Notes: generated from the sequence alone by a model not told the origin. A stretch of 64,000 nucleotides of DNA from Takakia lepidozioides (GCA_030704615.1 CM060734.1:7998001-8062000); one strand, 5' to 3'; positions 12,996-26,722 are shown, numbered from the stretch's first letter. Program-made: numbers and translations.

Positions 12996-14397
12996 AATTG
13001 AGTGCCAGGCCCCTGTTGGGATGGAAAGATGACACCGTTTGGCCCATAGCTTTGTTTCTATTGAATAATGAGGAAAGAACAGACTGTACCCCATTTTAGT
13101 AGAATAAGAGAAGAAAAGGGCAGGCCTGTCCTTATGTATCCAAGCCCAGTCAGTCGGGTCCCACGACAATTGAGAAACTGGAAGCTTGAAGAGCCGGAGA
13201 AAATGCAGTGCTTGCGCCCATTGGGACAAAGAGCAAGAGCCAAGGGGAAGGGGGTTTAACTTACCAGAGGACTCTTACCAGAAATAACGATTTTCGAGTG
13301 GACAGACATGAGAGCAATAGGGGAAAGAGCTCCAAAATCTACTGCTGAGAAACCAAGACCAGAGGCAACCAAGTCCTTGAGGTTAGTCACAAAAATCACA
13401 TCACATGGGTTTCCACCAAGGCATCCACGCCAAGAGGGGGCAAGCCAAGTATCTCGATCATCGACAAGAAGAGGGCCCCACCTTGAGGAGATAGCCGTGG
13501 AGATACAGGACTAGAAGCGGGAAAACAGCCGGGGGCCTAGCAAAGACCGGGGGGGGGAGAGAGAGAGAGAGAGAGAGAGAGAGAACACCATTCATACAAA
13601 TACTACTCACAGAGGTATTAAAGCCAGCCGATTCCCAGCGGGCCCAGGGGAGGGCGCAATTAGCCAAATCAGCATCATGCAGCTGAATATTCCCAAACAG
13701 AGGTTGCCTCATAACCTCCTCCCAGAGCCAGGAGGACGATGGTACAAACATTCCTGAAGTTTCACCCACGCGCCCCAAATCGAGCACCAAGTTTCTAAGC
13801 TATTGAGTGGTTTACGATTTAACTTATCATCCTGAGTGAGCCACCTCATCGAGCTCTTGAAATGAGAGTGCTGGTACATAATTGATAAGCCAAGGATCAC
13901 CGGGTGATCATCAAACATGTAGCCCAAATAGTCAGCAGCAATGAGAAACAAAAGAGAGAGATGGCTTGACGGACAGACCTCTCAAGAGGGAAAGGTACTT
14001 TAGAGAGATGCCCATTGTAATCTGTTGGAGGCAGAAGAAAGGAGCAGCTTAACCCAAGAGGTAAAGAAAGGAGGGAGCCCAATCTGAGTGAGCGCCCCAA
14101 ACAAGAAAGGCCAGTTATTTATGTCAAACGCCTTCTCAAAATTGAGCATGACCACGGCGAGAGGCTGACCAGGGGTTGAGCGAAATGCAGGGCCTCAATG
14201 GCCAAGATGATATTGTCTAGAAGCATCATATTCTTTACAAAATCAGCTTGCGAGGGTCTAATAATGACGGGTAGAATCCGCTGAAGGAGCAAAGCCAGAG
14301 ATTTAGCAACAATTTTGTAAGAGACATTCAATAAGGTAATAGGACGGTAGTTAGAAATAAGGGTTTTATCTCATTTTTTAAAAATCAGGGAGATTAC
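12996..14397 (-). mobile_element. L1-clade LINE ORF2 fragment (RT N-terminal motifs plus degenerate downstream region)
   Basis: NYRPITLLNVSYKIVAKSLA...IIRPSQADFVK...LLDNII at about 14190-14355. Cut at 14397 by a hAT terminus. Confidence 0.8.
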
Positions 14398-15422
14398 TAG
14401 TGTTGTGCGGTTCTTGCCATATTGAAGGAACCGCCGGTTCCGGTTCCTTGGTATATTTAAAGAGGCGGTTCCGGTTCCGGTTCCAAAATTCATGAGCAGA
14501 TTCCAGTTCTGGTTCCGTGTATTTTTTGGAAGGAACCGCCGGTTCCAGTTTCCGGTTCCGGTTCTCTATTTTTTGAATTTAAAAAAAACATATTAATTTT
14601 TTAATCGTTTTTTTATAAATCTGAAAATGATTTGTGAATCCCCGTTAGTTATATCGAATATTTTGACCATATTGAAAAGAAACAGCACAACATTCATATA
14701 CAAATTTATCAAATAATAATAATGCAATGTAAGCGAGTATAAATCAATGTGTGTAGAGTACACAAAGAAATCATTCTATGTCAAACAACTCGGCCTTGCA
14801 ATCAACTCCTTGTTGTCATCTAAGAGGACTTCCTCATTGTTCAAAAACTCGTTCATGGAAGAGCTCATGCAACCAACACGAGCATCATTCGGCCAATTCT
14901 TGACAATGCTCACAAGCATATCAAGGTTATGAACACCTAACTTGCAACGTCGCAAGTTTGTAATAACACCTGCAATGCTAAAATCCTCTCACATTCAATC
15001 TGAGACCCAACAATGCCCAACATGAGACGTGCCAAATACCCCACATATGGAAATACAGATTCGTGCTCTTTCCACCATTTCAAATGAGCACTACACTCAG
15101 TGTCAGTGACCTTTTGCCTTCGGAAATGCGCAAGCTGATCTCTCACCACCATCAATGCCATATCCTCACATGGCTCCTCCAAACCAAACAATGACATGTC
15201 ATCTTGAGTGGAATTTGGCTCCGGCTGGGTCGTAGTATCCGGGTGAAGGATCTTGAAACATTTGACCAAAAGAGGCTCCAACACCAAGGTGTCATATTGC
15301 CGAACAATGATATGTCCCCGTTCTCTGCCCATATATTGTGTCACCAAGAACAATCCCTTGAAACGCAAATCAAGCATCAGCGCCAACATATTGTGGGCTT
15401 TCAATGATTGAACTTCTTCCAA
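14398..15422 (-). mobile_element. 3' end of a hAT transposon with transposase C-terminal (dimerisation domain) pseudogene at about 14770-15422
   Basis: Terminus TAGTGTTGTGCGGTTC at 14398, followed by GGTTCC subterminal repeats. Protein reads LALMLDLRFKGL...LKWWKEHESVFPYVGYLARLMLGIVGSQIECERI and, after a frameshift, LRRCKLGVHNLDMLVSIVKNWP. Confidence 0.85.
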
Positions 15423-15924
15423 AAATAATCTTATTTTAAGTAATTCCGGACTTTTGGCTTAAATCCGGACCAAACTTAATATATAACATAATTAAAATTA
15501 ATTCAGGTATTAATAATAATATCGTGGAATATTGAGTCATTTAACTTGTGAAGTTGCACAATCCCATTCTTGTAACATCGAATGGTAAGTCGAATGACGT
15601 ACTTTGCATTAGAAAAGTATAAAGATAAGATCGATTGAATGAAGTTATTAATAAATTGATAGATGTATGACATAAACAGATGATTCAAGAAGATAATATA
15701 CAAATGAAAAGTAAACATCCATACCATGCTTACAGTATAGTAGTACCATGAACCAATGTATTGCAAGTTTTCAATTGATGGATTAAAACGTTGAATGGAA
15801 TAAGGTTGGATTTCAATGAAACATGTGAATAATATTTCAAAATATTTTCCGAAAGGTTCATATGACAACCAAATATTGTGGAAGAGCGTCAGGTAGATTC
15901 AGCTATAAAGTCATTGAACCAAGC

Positions 15925-16745
15925 TGGAATTAGGTTTTAGGTTATAGAGTTTGCTAGGGTATATTTAAACATAGTACTTGGTATGAATGGAAAAGAAAAT
16001 ATGGGAAAGTGTACAAATGACTTGGCACCTATGAAAATTTGTTAATGACATATCCCAACCACAGATTGTATCCAAATTTCTATGAGGAATGTGAATCAAA
16101 CAGTGGAGTTTGGTTTAGGGTTTAGGGTTTTAGAAAACTGTAAATGGACAAACAATTATGGAGTTTGAGTCTTTACCCATACGTAGAACAATTCATGAAA
16201 TATTATCCCCACCACTTCGACCGTACCCAAAATTGGAAGTAATAAATAAATAAGCATCAAACATTGAAATTAGGTTTTAGGATATAGAGTATTTAGGGTT
16301 TAGGGAATAAAATTTCCCAACCATAGATTGTATCTAATCTAAGAAGAATGCGCATCAAACAATGGAGTTACGTTTAAGGGCTTAGGGTTTAGAGAATTAT
16401 AAATGGACAAACAATTATGGAATGTGAGTCTTTACGTGGAGGTCGTACAACAATTCAGGAGATATCCCCTCCACTTTGACCGCACCCAAAACTGGAAGCA
16501 ATAAATTAAATAGGCATCAGACATTGGAATTAGGTTTTAGGGTACGAAGTTGAGTAGTGTAGTAAACATACTACTGGATATGAATGGACCAAAAAATCTG
16601 GGAAAGTGTACAAGTGACTTGTCACCTAAAGAAATTAGACTTGAATGAAATATCCCAAGGGCCATTCTATTATGCCCAACCTTGTAACCCTTGAAGAATG
16701 CGCATCAAACATTCGAATTAGGTTTAGGGTATATGGTTTAAGGTG
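15925..16745. repeat. Degenerate tandem duplication rich in TTTAGGG telomere-like motifs
   Basis: GGTTTAGGGTTTAGGGTTTTAG near 16112, TTTAGGGTTTAGGG near 16292, and further copies near 16375, 16531 and 16720. Surrounding blocks are duplicated (e.g. TAAATGGACAAACAATTATGG at 16141 and 16400). Confidence 0.7.
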
Positions 16746-17459
16746 AGGACAATGTAAGGACTGAAGGCCCCAGAAGTATTGTCCTTAGAAGGTCCTAATA
16801 AGATAAACAGACCCAAGATAAATTGACCTGAGATGACACGGAATAATGGGTGGCAAAGCGATGTTTAGGACTGATTAGTGACGAAGAAAATTGAAAAGAA
16901 TCTTAAGATAATCCAAAAAGGCAATAAACGAAATGTTACTCTGTACTTGAAGCCAGACTTACAGAAAGCTACTGACGAGTAATGGGAGAAGATTCACAAG
17001 ATTCAGAAGCAGTAAACCGCGAGAAAGCCTGTCCATTGAAACAACAACTTTCACAAATTGCCAAGCGGTTTTTACTCAGGACATTTTTTAGACCAATCAT
17101 ATTGAGCCCAACAATACGACCATGTGGACCGAGAATGAAGGAGATGGGCGAATCTGTTGAGGAGAAGACACTTTGGTGAGAGCCAGAGAACCAAAAGAAA
17201 TGGGTGTAATGTGAGAGAGAAACCGCAAAGAGAAGGAAGCAGTGATATCAGAAAAACTAGGAACTCCGGATGATCACTCGAGGTTCCTGAAACGTTACAG
17301 AGATGAGGTCCGGAAAAAAGCTGGTGGCTGGCAAAGAAGGTAGATTAATATTTGAACACGTGAAGAGAAACAAATGGAGGTAAAACATTAGTTTTATTCT
17401 TGAAAACATGCCGAGGAGTGAACCTCCACAATATGTCCTTGTTAACCTTGTTCTCCGCC

Positions 17460-18150
17460 AGAGGTTGCATTGTCTTCATTGTCTGACTGTTGATTGGCCT
17501 CATCCAAATTTGCTCGTGCTTTCTCCGCCTCCACCGCGGTAATTTTCTTAGAGCTATTACGTGTCGTGTTTTTTTTCTGGCGGGCATTGTCCAAACGACA
17601 GAGTTAATGTGAATCCACTGAGGGGGATCATCTGGATTGAACTCCCAAACTTTGGACCAACAATCTCAAATCGGAAGGGCTACCTCCTTTCTTGGGTCTC
17701 CACCATTCGACGTGAACCTTCTTAAAATTCCTGGATCCTCTGTCGCGGACCACATCCGATATTGCCATCCCCATCCAGACTGGAAACGTCACAGTATCTA
17801 CTGGTCGAACCAAGACGAAGAATCCGTTCTCAATATCCTTGAACGGATTTAGAGGCTGCTTCGGTCTATCATACCGGGGGCCACAATACGGCTCCAGGAC
17901 TTCATCTTCATCCTTTGCAGGTGTATGGATTCCGGCAGAAATGGAAAGATTCTTCACGGGCACACCGGAGTGTACTTGAAACAGTTCAGAACCTCCATGT
18001 GGTTCCACCGAATACCCACAATAATCAGTATGCTCACTTTCTGGGTACCCGAGAAGTTTTCAAGAGATTCACTGGGGGTGTGCTGAATCACCATGATATA
18101 GTCCTTTATCTCAGTTTTAGGCAGGCATATATGACAGTACATTTAAACGC
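17460..18150 (-). pseudogene. Frameshifted ORF of unknown function with a Trp-rich, beta-barrel-like C-terminus; possibly the tail of a transposon protein
   Basis: FFVLVRPVDTVTFPVWMGMAISDVV...VHVEWWRPKK continues in a shifted frame as WSKVWEFNPDDPPQWIHINSVVWTMPARKK. Confidence 0.4.
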
Positions 18151-18481
18151 CAACGATATCTCCGTTTTCGTTCTTCACTGTTGAATAATAAAGTATTCTT
18201 CATGATTTTTGAAACCAATTAAATGATCTGCAGCTTTTGAGATTTCCAGCTTAATTGTGACTTTGATTTATTCCATTCCATTTATTCCATGTTGCAGTCA
18301 CATTTGAATGTCCCTTATTCCAGCTTAACTGTAAGTTAGTTTCTTTCAATTCCATTTATTCCAAGTGGGATTCCCATTTGTATGTTGGCCTGATATCCGT
18401 AACATTATGTTTTGTTTCAAATTTCGGCCTTTCCTTTCAATCCTGAAATAATGTCATGAGATATCTAATCCAGATAACATA

Positions 18482-21400
18482 ATGTTGTGTTTCATGTTTA
18501 ATGGTCAGTCAAACATACCTGCGGATTGCCTGGTTGGCGTATGCAAGGAGATATGTGGGGAGTTCATCTCATCAAAATCACCAAACTTCAGCATAGACCA
18601 CGTAGCTTTGTATACTCTTAACCAGACGATCTCCGAGTGGGGAATAAATCCCGTGGGTGTACCCCCTGACCACCAACTGAAGTTTTCCTTCAAGATTGGA
18701 GCAGAGGTGAAGGAGCTTAATTATGGCTACGTTAAAGATGTTGAGATGGAATCGGACGTGGAGAATCCAATGATGGTGGTTTTCATCTTGGAGGATAGTA
18801 GAGCGAAAAAGACGTTTGGCTTTTCTCTGGAATCTCGTTGCGTTCGTAAGGCAATGATGAAACCAGCTGTAAAGATGGGATTCACTTTCCCTAAAGGTGG
18901 TGCAGCCCTGACTGCTCAGGGATTCGTATGAGCTTGGAGCATTTTCCAAGATGTACTCAATGCGCAGGGAAACATCAACAGAAAACAACGAGACGATGCG
19001 GCAGCGAAGGGGGCAAAGGATAAAGGTAAATGGAAGTCAACGGCGGGATCCTCTCAGACTGAGAATGAGGAGGAGCAGCCAGCCGGGAAAAAGAAAAAGA
19101 AAGAAGAGCTCGATATTGTATTTATGAATGACAACAAGAAGCCAAAAGCTGGCGAGATTTTTGACAAGGCGAAGTGCGAGGCGATGAATCAAAGTCTGAA
19201 GAATGACTACCAAGACATGTTTCATTTTGGGTTCAACCACATAATCTCAATTGACATCTCAAGGATGGAACTTGCTCCAAGAAGCATGGTGTATCGTCCG
19301 CTGAATATTAATCATAAAGATGAAGTAAAAGCCCGTTTGTACCAGTTGCGAGTTCTAGATACGAAACATCCCGTCTATCTGGCGCTGCGGAATGAACAGG
19401 TGCCTACCCAGGTGTCTGCGATGAAACCAAGGCATCAGAAGGATATTAACTATTCAAAATTCTTCGTCATTGGAGGCTAGCACACAATTATGGCTGCAAA
19501 GGTATAGTACATCAACATTTACCTCGCGCGATCGCGCGTGATTCTATATTCTTCTCTGCTTCTATGAGAATCACTTTCGGATATTTCTTTGCGTTGCTTC
19601 ATTATCATTCTCACGCGATCGCGCGTGCTTCTACTAGATGATTATATCAGATGCATCGACGACTTGTTTCTAAGAGATGCATAGCATGATAAGCAAGCAC
19701 GCGCGATTGCGCGTGCTCCTTTCTAGTTCAATTCCATGATGATGTAACATTTTCCAAATCAGGAACTCGTGGAAGAGATTACTGACCGGGAGCAGAGGGA
19801 CTACTACGCCGAATGGCCATCAATTATCCTCTGGTCAGATAGCAATAATCAACTGCTAAAGATTTCTAAGCTCCTGAACGACCCAAATAAAGCCCAAAAA
19901 TTCGAGACAACATTCCCGAAGAAAGTTGCTCACGCCAGGATATACTATGAGTTGAGGGCGATAACGTTTCCAAATCTGAAACCGTTCAGTGGAAGGTAAT
20001 CATTCAGACTTCCTTTATTGTTTAATGTTTTGTTGTACATTCACCAGAACTGCGTGTCCCTATTGTGTGTTGGCCTAACATGTTGTTTCTGTTGACCAAG
20101 AATTTTTGCAAGCCTCACAACTTATATTGGAGATGCTTAGCGTTAAGGAGGCCATGACCTTGGTCTTTTGCGATGACGATGTTTGAGAGAAGTGGCAGGA
20201 GGTTTTCAGAGAGTGGGAGAAGGGAAACCCTGGACATTAACGGAAAGAAGCACAAGGGTGTACAATCGCAGCTCACAAAATCTGCAGTCTGCAAACTCCA
20301 AGGATTGAACCCCCTTCAACTGAAGAAAGTTGCGCAGAAGATTTTGGACTTGAAGATCTGTGTTTGTGGTCCTGACAAGGGAAAAGACCCCAAGATTCTC
20401 TGCATATCCGATTACATCGATCGAATAAAGGATAGGTGGTTTACCATCGATGATGTCATGGTGGTATTGGGATTTGATGCCAAGAGCAAGCAGCATCTAG
20501 AGCCGTACACAAAAGCACAATGGCTCGAAGTGAAGGAAAGGTATAAGTTCAACAAGTTGGAGTTCGAGACATTCCGATCGAAACTGGGGGCCAAATACAT
20601 GAAAAGCAAAATGAACATGAATATGAAGACCGAGAAAGTGAGTGACGCTTTCATCAAACACGTGCTCTCATGCAAGAAAAGGGTTGAAGACATGGAGAAG
20701 GAAATGGGCAACCTCAAGGATACCTTCAAGTCACATTACCAGTGCATAGGAGGGAAGTGGAGGTTCACGGATGCCAAAACACAGTTGAAAATTGTGAGAA
20801 AGAGGGATTTTGATAACATCGCAATGGTGTTCGTCAACACAATCTGTGACGATGACTTAGTTGTTTTCATGCAAAGAAATTACAAGAATATTTTTGATGC
20901 GTTCTTCGAACAATAGCTGAGCCCTAATGCATTTGTCTTCTTCTCGACGCAGAGGTCCTCTTCCAATCTGGTTTCGTACATAAGGTTTGGCGAGGGGCGG
21001 AACAAGTAGTTCTACTTCAGGGGTTGTATCTTCCTGGAGAGTTTGACAATCCTTACAAGAGCCGGCCAAAGTCATTTTCAAGGCCACTCATGTGCCTTGA
21101 TTACGTATTTCCTGCTACAGCTGCCCAGATTGAGAACCACGAGGAGCACCTGCAGGGAGTCTTGATGTTCAGCCCCATTAAACCAGTGATTAAGGCTCCG
21201 GACACTGAGCTCACGGAACACGAGAAAGATTGTGCCGCTTATGAACACAAATTGCGGGTAGAGTCGAGTGACTACATTGCGTCCTTGTTCTGTGGCGAAG
21301 GAATGGCGGCTGTCAATCTTTTTGGAGGAGTAATGTTAACATCGGCTCTCCACGTAAGCAATTCCATTTCCATTTCCATTTCCGAAACACATCTTTGGAA

Positions 21401-23907
21401 CCTCGCGCAATCACGCGTTTATCCTATTTACTCAATGGTTGGCATCTTTTGCAGGCTAGGAACGTCTGAGTCCTTGATATAAACCACAACCTGAAAAAGA
21501 ATTTATGCGCGAATAAGGTTGCCGCAAACTACACACTCCTCCACACGGAGAATGAGGACGGAACCGAGGTTGGTGATGACACATTGGGAGGGCAGGAGAC
21601 CCATGCACAATGGCAAAGGAAATGACGACGATGACGATGATAACGATGAAGATGACGAACAAAGAGATCTGGAGACAGAGGAAAACCAAGAAGAAGGTGA
21701 CGGAAACAAAACGTTGGACAAAAATGAAGAACTTGAGGGAGGTGAGGAAGACAAAGGCGACTACCAACCTGATGATGCCGTCAACAATTTCTTGCAAGAG
21801 GAGACAGAACAAATTGAGCAAGGCAGAAATCCACCAGCTGAACAAGCAGGGAGGGTATTACCCGAAGAAAGCCACCATCCACAGGCCCTGACAAATATCG
21901 GTGAAGGAGACAATCCCAAGACAACTGTGCTGTCTTCCTCCACTGAAGAAGTGGGGGGAGACAATGTAAAGGATAACGCTGATTCTAGAGACGTCTTCAA
22001 TAAGGAGATTTCAGAAATAGACTCAGGGGTGGGATTCAAGCCTGTGGAGGGGGATATGCCATTACGGATGTCACCATATCAAGGTTTAAGCCAACGAGTT
22101 AGAGACATTGTTGATGGTCAGGCATCTAGGGCATTGGTCGGCGATCAAAATTCTGTTGACGTGAGTATTGCAGATTATGAGCTGTCCTGAAACTTGTAAA
22201 ACCCAATTTACAAACTTGATATAACATCAGAATCTTTTACCAATGGAACTAATAACCTATTGCTCTGTGATAGTCTCGTAAAACAATCGAAATTTATACG
22301 GAAGTATAATCACCAGCATTTTATGTAGATCCGTGAGTCCAATACGGAGGAAGTGACACATACTAGAACAAACGACACACAACAACGTACAATGAAGAAA
22401 CAATACAACTTGAGAGTGAGGATATCGTCGCCCAAGGTGACAGCTTCTGAAACCGCGGGCGATCGCGCGAGGTTACTTATGGAAGGGGTCGACAAAAACA
22501 TACCGGACGGCGAAAGAACCATCGCCGGGGGAATTGGCGGCGAAACTTTGAAGTGTTTGCTGAACCTTCATGAATCTTGTCTTCTTCTCAAGTCTTTTGA
22601 AAACATCGACGTCGACGATTTCTTCCTTCTCAAACTTAGAGATTTCTTGCTTAGCTTATTGAAATTTGAGAACGTTTCGAGCTTCTTGAAAGCAAGGAGA
22701 ATAGGCTTTCCACCTTTCAAAATTAACGATCCACAGTTCAAGCCTCTTCTTGACTATATTGACAATTCACAATATCGTGATTTTCCGAGTAAATGATAAG
22801 TAAATATTCGCGTCCTACTGTGGACACGGTTTACTATTTAAAATTGATTGTGAAGACCATGGAATTTCAATCTTCTTTTGATATTCTTTTGCTTTGCATG
22901 GAAATTGTTATATTGCCAAACCATATGTAACGGTCAATGGATTCGTTGTTCCTTTATGTCCGTCAATTTCTTTTCGGAACCACGCGTGATCACGCGTTCT
23001 TCCAACTCAAATTTACTACTTTGTTGACGTATATTTCATTTGCAGGTATGCCCATATCAATATGTTCTCCACGCCACAAATGCATCTCCAATTGGCGAAA
23101 CAATATCGTCTGATGTTGTTGACGATGTAGAAATGATCAGGCCAGAGGCTTTCCAAGGACCTGACAACTTGTTGTCTACTCAGGCATCCATTGTTGTTAT
23201 GGAGAGTGATCCCATCAGTGTTTCGGATGTTGTTTCGAGGCTCAAAATGTCAAAAGGTGAATCCACCGTTAGCAAGGTCGATGATTTAACTGGGGTTGGC
23301 TGCATAGTGGAAAACGACTCTCAATATCTTGGGGAAATACCGAACAATTGGTTGCAACTATCGCTGAACTGCCTCCTCATCATGTCGTAATTCCAAGCGG
23401 CTCACCGGATCACGAGGGCTGGACACCTCAGCTGCTGAGAAGTCAGGTGATTTAATTCTATTTCATCCATGCGTTTTATTGTTACCGTGTTTCTGTTCAT
23501 CCTCTGATTTTCTCGCTTTACTCCAGGCCAGAAAAGCTGCAACATATGACCTTCTTGTGAAGCAGCAACTTCTGTGGGGTTGTATTCCAAGGTAATCCAT
23601 TTTTTCCGTTTGAATTTGGTTCAGGATGTGCAGAAAGAAAAAAACCGAATTCCATTGCCAACCGTCAGCGAGAAGGTTATTGAACTCATTCATTCGCCGA
23701 CTGAGGTCAGCACACCGACAAGACCAGCAAATATTTCTGCACATCCCCAACCCCCCAGAATTCCGGATGGTCATGTGTCAAGGAAACGTCACAGATCACA
23801 GCAGTCAGCGGCGGTCGTGTCCGACGATGAAAAAACAGCATCTGGCGTTCTGTTATCCCTCCAACATTCACCTGCCTCCAGTGATAACCCGCCTCAGAAT
23901 CAAAGGG
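18482..23907 (+). pseudogene. Multi-exon gene A: ParB/Srx-like N-terminal domain, degenerate DNA methyltransferase-like segment and acidic low-complexity region
   Basis: IISIDISRMELAPRSMVYRPLN...KFFVIGG*HTIMAAK, where TAG at 19478 probably replaces CAG (GGQH motif). YIASLFCGEGMAAVNLFGG resembles MTase motif X-I. GT..AG introns are plausible at about 19502-19761, 19995-20100, 21354-21454, 22161-22328, 22437-23045, 23446-23526 and 23592-23624. Confidence 0.55.
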
Positions 23908-26530
23908 TAAATCTAGCAAATGTAATAAGTATCTCCTTCACTTGGTCCTCTATCTTATTGGTTCTGGCTTCCTAATAATCATTGCATATATCATTTACAT
24001 TGTCGACACAACTTTACACAAAGTAACCTCGCGCGAGGTGGTTGCAGGAAACTCAGAGACTCCCGATTGTGTTTTTTTGTCTCAAGTCTCAATTGGGTGT
24101 CGTAATGTTGAGTTAGGACCTCATTCGCAAAATATTACATTTGAAAATCAGGATATAGAAACTAGGTAAACCACAAAATGCAAGTATGTTGTAGTATTTT
24201 TTGAGTTGCAAGATATATTGGAAATACCTAATTTTTGGGTCAGATAACAGAAACTAATGGGCTCTTTTGGATGGTTCAAAACATTGTTACTCAAGAAATG
24301 TGTGGTGTCCGAAAACACAAACGCATGTTGCTGGTACTGAGTGTCAATGGACTTCTTTGCTACAGGCCACCTCCTACCGGAGGTGAGTTGTTTAAACAGA
24401 GGTTCCACTTGAGGAAAGTAACAATTCGGGTGCTCGCAAGACCATTTGTGGTTCCAAGACCTGGAGTGCTGGAGTTTCTTCGACTTGCATTGACTCATTT
24501 TCATGTATCGATTTGGTCTTGCTCTGAGAGGGATACTGTATTCAAGATGTTAGAGTGTTTCGTTTCTCCGAAAATTATGAAACAATTTCGTTTCATATGG
24601 TCTGCCGAGCATTGCACAGATACAGCTAGATATATTAAGCCTGGAATGAAATATCTTATTAAAGATATTAAGAGTATTCTCGTAAAATTTAGTGGGAAAG
24701 AATATGCTAGGCAGGGGCAAATTCTACTGGTCGACGATGACCCATCCAAGGCACCCCGAAACCCAGTGAATACTAGAGTCTTCCCCATCACATTCAAGGA
24801 ATCAAGCAATTTGGAGGATTTGGTTGACCTCACCAAAGTATTGTGGCCTTTTCTCTCGGGCTTGATTGGAGCCCAGTCCGTTGTTGATTATGTCGGCAAG
24901 AACTCCTGCAAATCTTCCGGCCCACCGATAGATCGAAATCACATCTACCAGTCCTGGTTTGGAAGATTTATTGATGCTTCTGTTTGGCACCCCCCTCAAA
25001 AAGATCCCGATTATCTGGGTATGTAGTTTAACATTGTCCTATTTTGTGTGTAGTCCATCAGTTTTACTTCAACCTCCATTTGTACTTATACGTATGTTGA
25101 CTTCACATGATTTTTGCGAGATCAATGATATTTCAATGAGCTTTGTATTTTCTTTAACAATTCCCTTCTGTGCTGCCTCCACACAGTTATATTCCAGTGT
25201 CAAGTTCAGAATCAAATTCGACAGGAGAAGAAAAAAGAACGGCAGCGAAAGGCTGAGCGGAGGGACCGCGAGGCTTTACGTTCGTCAAGGTCATCAAATA
25301 CAGCTACCAGTGAGGTGTCTGGTCATATCTTACATCAATCTCCCACTATATCCTTCTCCTCGGGTGCACAGAATTCCGCCATCAGTGGTAACCGATGGCG
25401 ATCTCGAATATATGCGTTGAGTGTGAGCCGTTTGGGAAGCAACTCTGTGTTATTGATGAATTAAACTATGGCCGGCCTGTTCATTACACACATACGTTAT
25501 TTAACACTGTCAATGTTATGCCAGATCCTTTCGGCTGTAATGTTAGTCATCGAAGTTTGAGAGAAATCACGCGCGATCGCGCGTGGTTCTTCTATATATC
25601 ATCTTGTGGAGCTAGCATGGATCAGCAGTGCCATCAGATGTTATCAAAACAAGTTGACTTCATTGTCAGTTTAGGCAATAACACATAAGGCTGGAGGCTG
25701 GAGGAGGTTGGAGGAAAAGAAAATTTCCGATGTTTTCATATTACGATGGGGAACAAGTGACACGATCATCGTCTATGACTGAATTCGGGTTCCTAACTCG
25801 TAATTCAAGCTCCCACGATGGTCGTCTCATTTGTTCCTGAGCGGATTGTGAAGCTCTGTTAAAATCTCTCTTCAAATGGATTGAAGTTATTTTGGCGGCT
25901 TCGAAATTCCTTCCCTAACGAACTGATGGCACCATTGTGGTTGATTGAAATCTGGATGCACTCGGCTTGTTGTGGTTCTCAATGGTGGTAGAGGCAGAGA
26001 TCTGTCGCGCGATCACTCGTGGTTTGAAAAGCGGACTTCAGCATCGTCCCGGTTCTCTAGCCGACTGCCAAAGTGTTATATTACCTCAACAGTGCCACAT
26101 GTGATTGGTCGGAGTGATGTTTTTTATATGTTCACGTAATCAACAACGAAAATGCTGTCATTTGAAGCTGTGATGATTCTGCAGGCATAGTGAGTTACTT
26201 CAGGTCAGTTACAGCGAGGGAACTCAAGGTATTAGGAGAATCCGTCCCGGAATATTTCACACCATCATCCTGGATGATTCATTGATGTGTTTCAGAACAC
26301 GCACTCAAATCATCCGGGCTGATGGTGTCACTTGTTCCTTGGCGGATTGTTCAAGTATCTTACAATCCTAGTCTTTAAGTTGTTTGAAGTCATTATCCCT
26401 GTTTGCATAATCCGATCTCCAACAATTGACAGCATCCTCGTGGTGTATTTTTTGGTTCCTATATCCTTCGTTTGGAGATCCATTAGTCTTTTGAGGAACA
26501 CCAACGATTAACATCGCGTGATCACGCGTG
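19523..26530. repeat. Dispersed 18-bp palindrome CACGCGCGATCGCGCGTG, about 10 copies
   Basis: Copies at 19523, 19610, 19698, 21402, 22454, 22981, 24026 (partial), 25568 (perfect), 26004 and 26513. Confidence 0.85.
24244..25026 (+). CDS. FCP1/SCP-like (NIF) HAD-family domain lacking the catalytic Asp; probably a terminal exon
   Basis: Uninterrupted ORF: LLVLSVNGLL, VPRPGVLEFL, FHVSIWS, FIWSAEHC, IKDI, LLVDDDPSKAPRNPVN. An acceptor-like CAG lies at 24241-24243. Confidence 0.75.
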   Translation: MTETNGLFWMVQNIVTQEMCGVRKHKRMLLVLSVNGLLCYRPPPTGGELFKQRFHLRKVTIRVLARPFVVPRPGVLEFLRLALTHFHVSIWSCSERDTVFKMLECFVSPKIMKQFRFIWSAEHCTDTARYIKPGMKYLIKDIKSILVKFSGKEYARQGQILLVDDDPSKAPRNPVNTRVFPITFKESSNLEDLVDLTKVLWPFLSGLIGAQSVVDYVGKNSCKSSGPPIDRNHIYQSWFGRFIDASVWHPPQKDPDYLGM

Positions 26531-26722
26531 TTTTTCTAAGAGCTGACCTGTTCTGATGTCCATCATTGCACACCAAAATGGTGTTACGAGGAGGCAGAAT
26601 GTCAGCAATTGAACGTCAATCTCCAGCATCATTCTCGTCATTTTGATGTGGACTGGACGCCAAAGAAGGAACACCGTCGCTAGCAATCTGTGCAAACAAT
26701 CTCAACAATCATATGTACTTCA

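Noticed and set aside
16750-17340. LINE ORF2 C-terminal fragment
   Set aside because: Composition resembles the nearby L1 pieces, but no diagnostic motif could be read.
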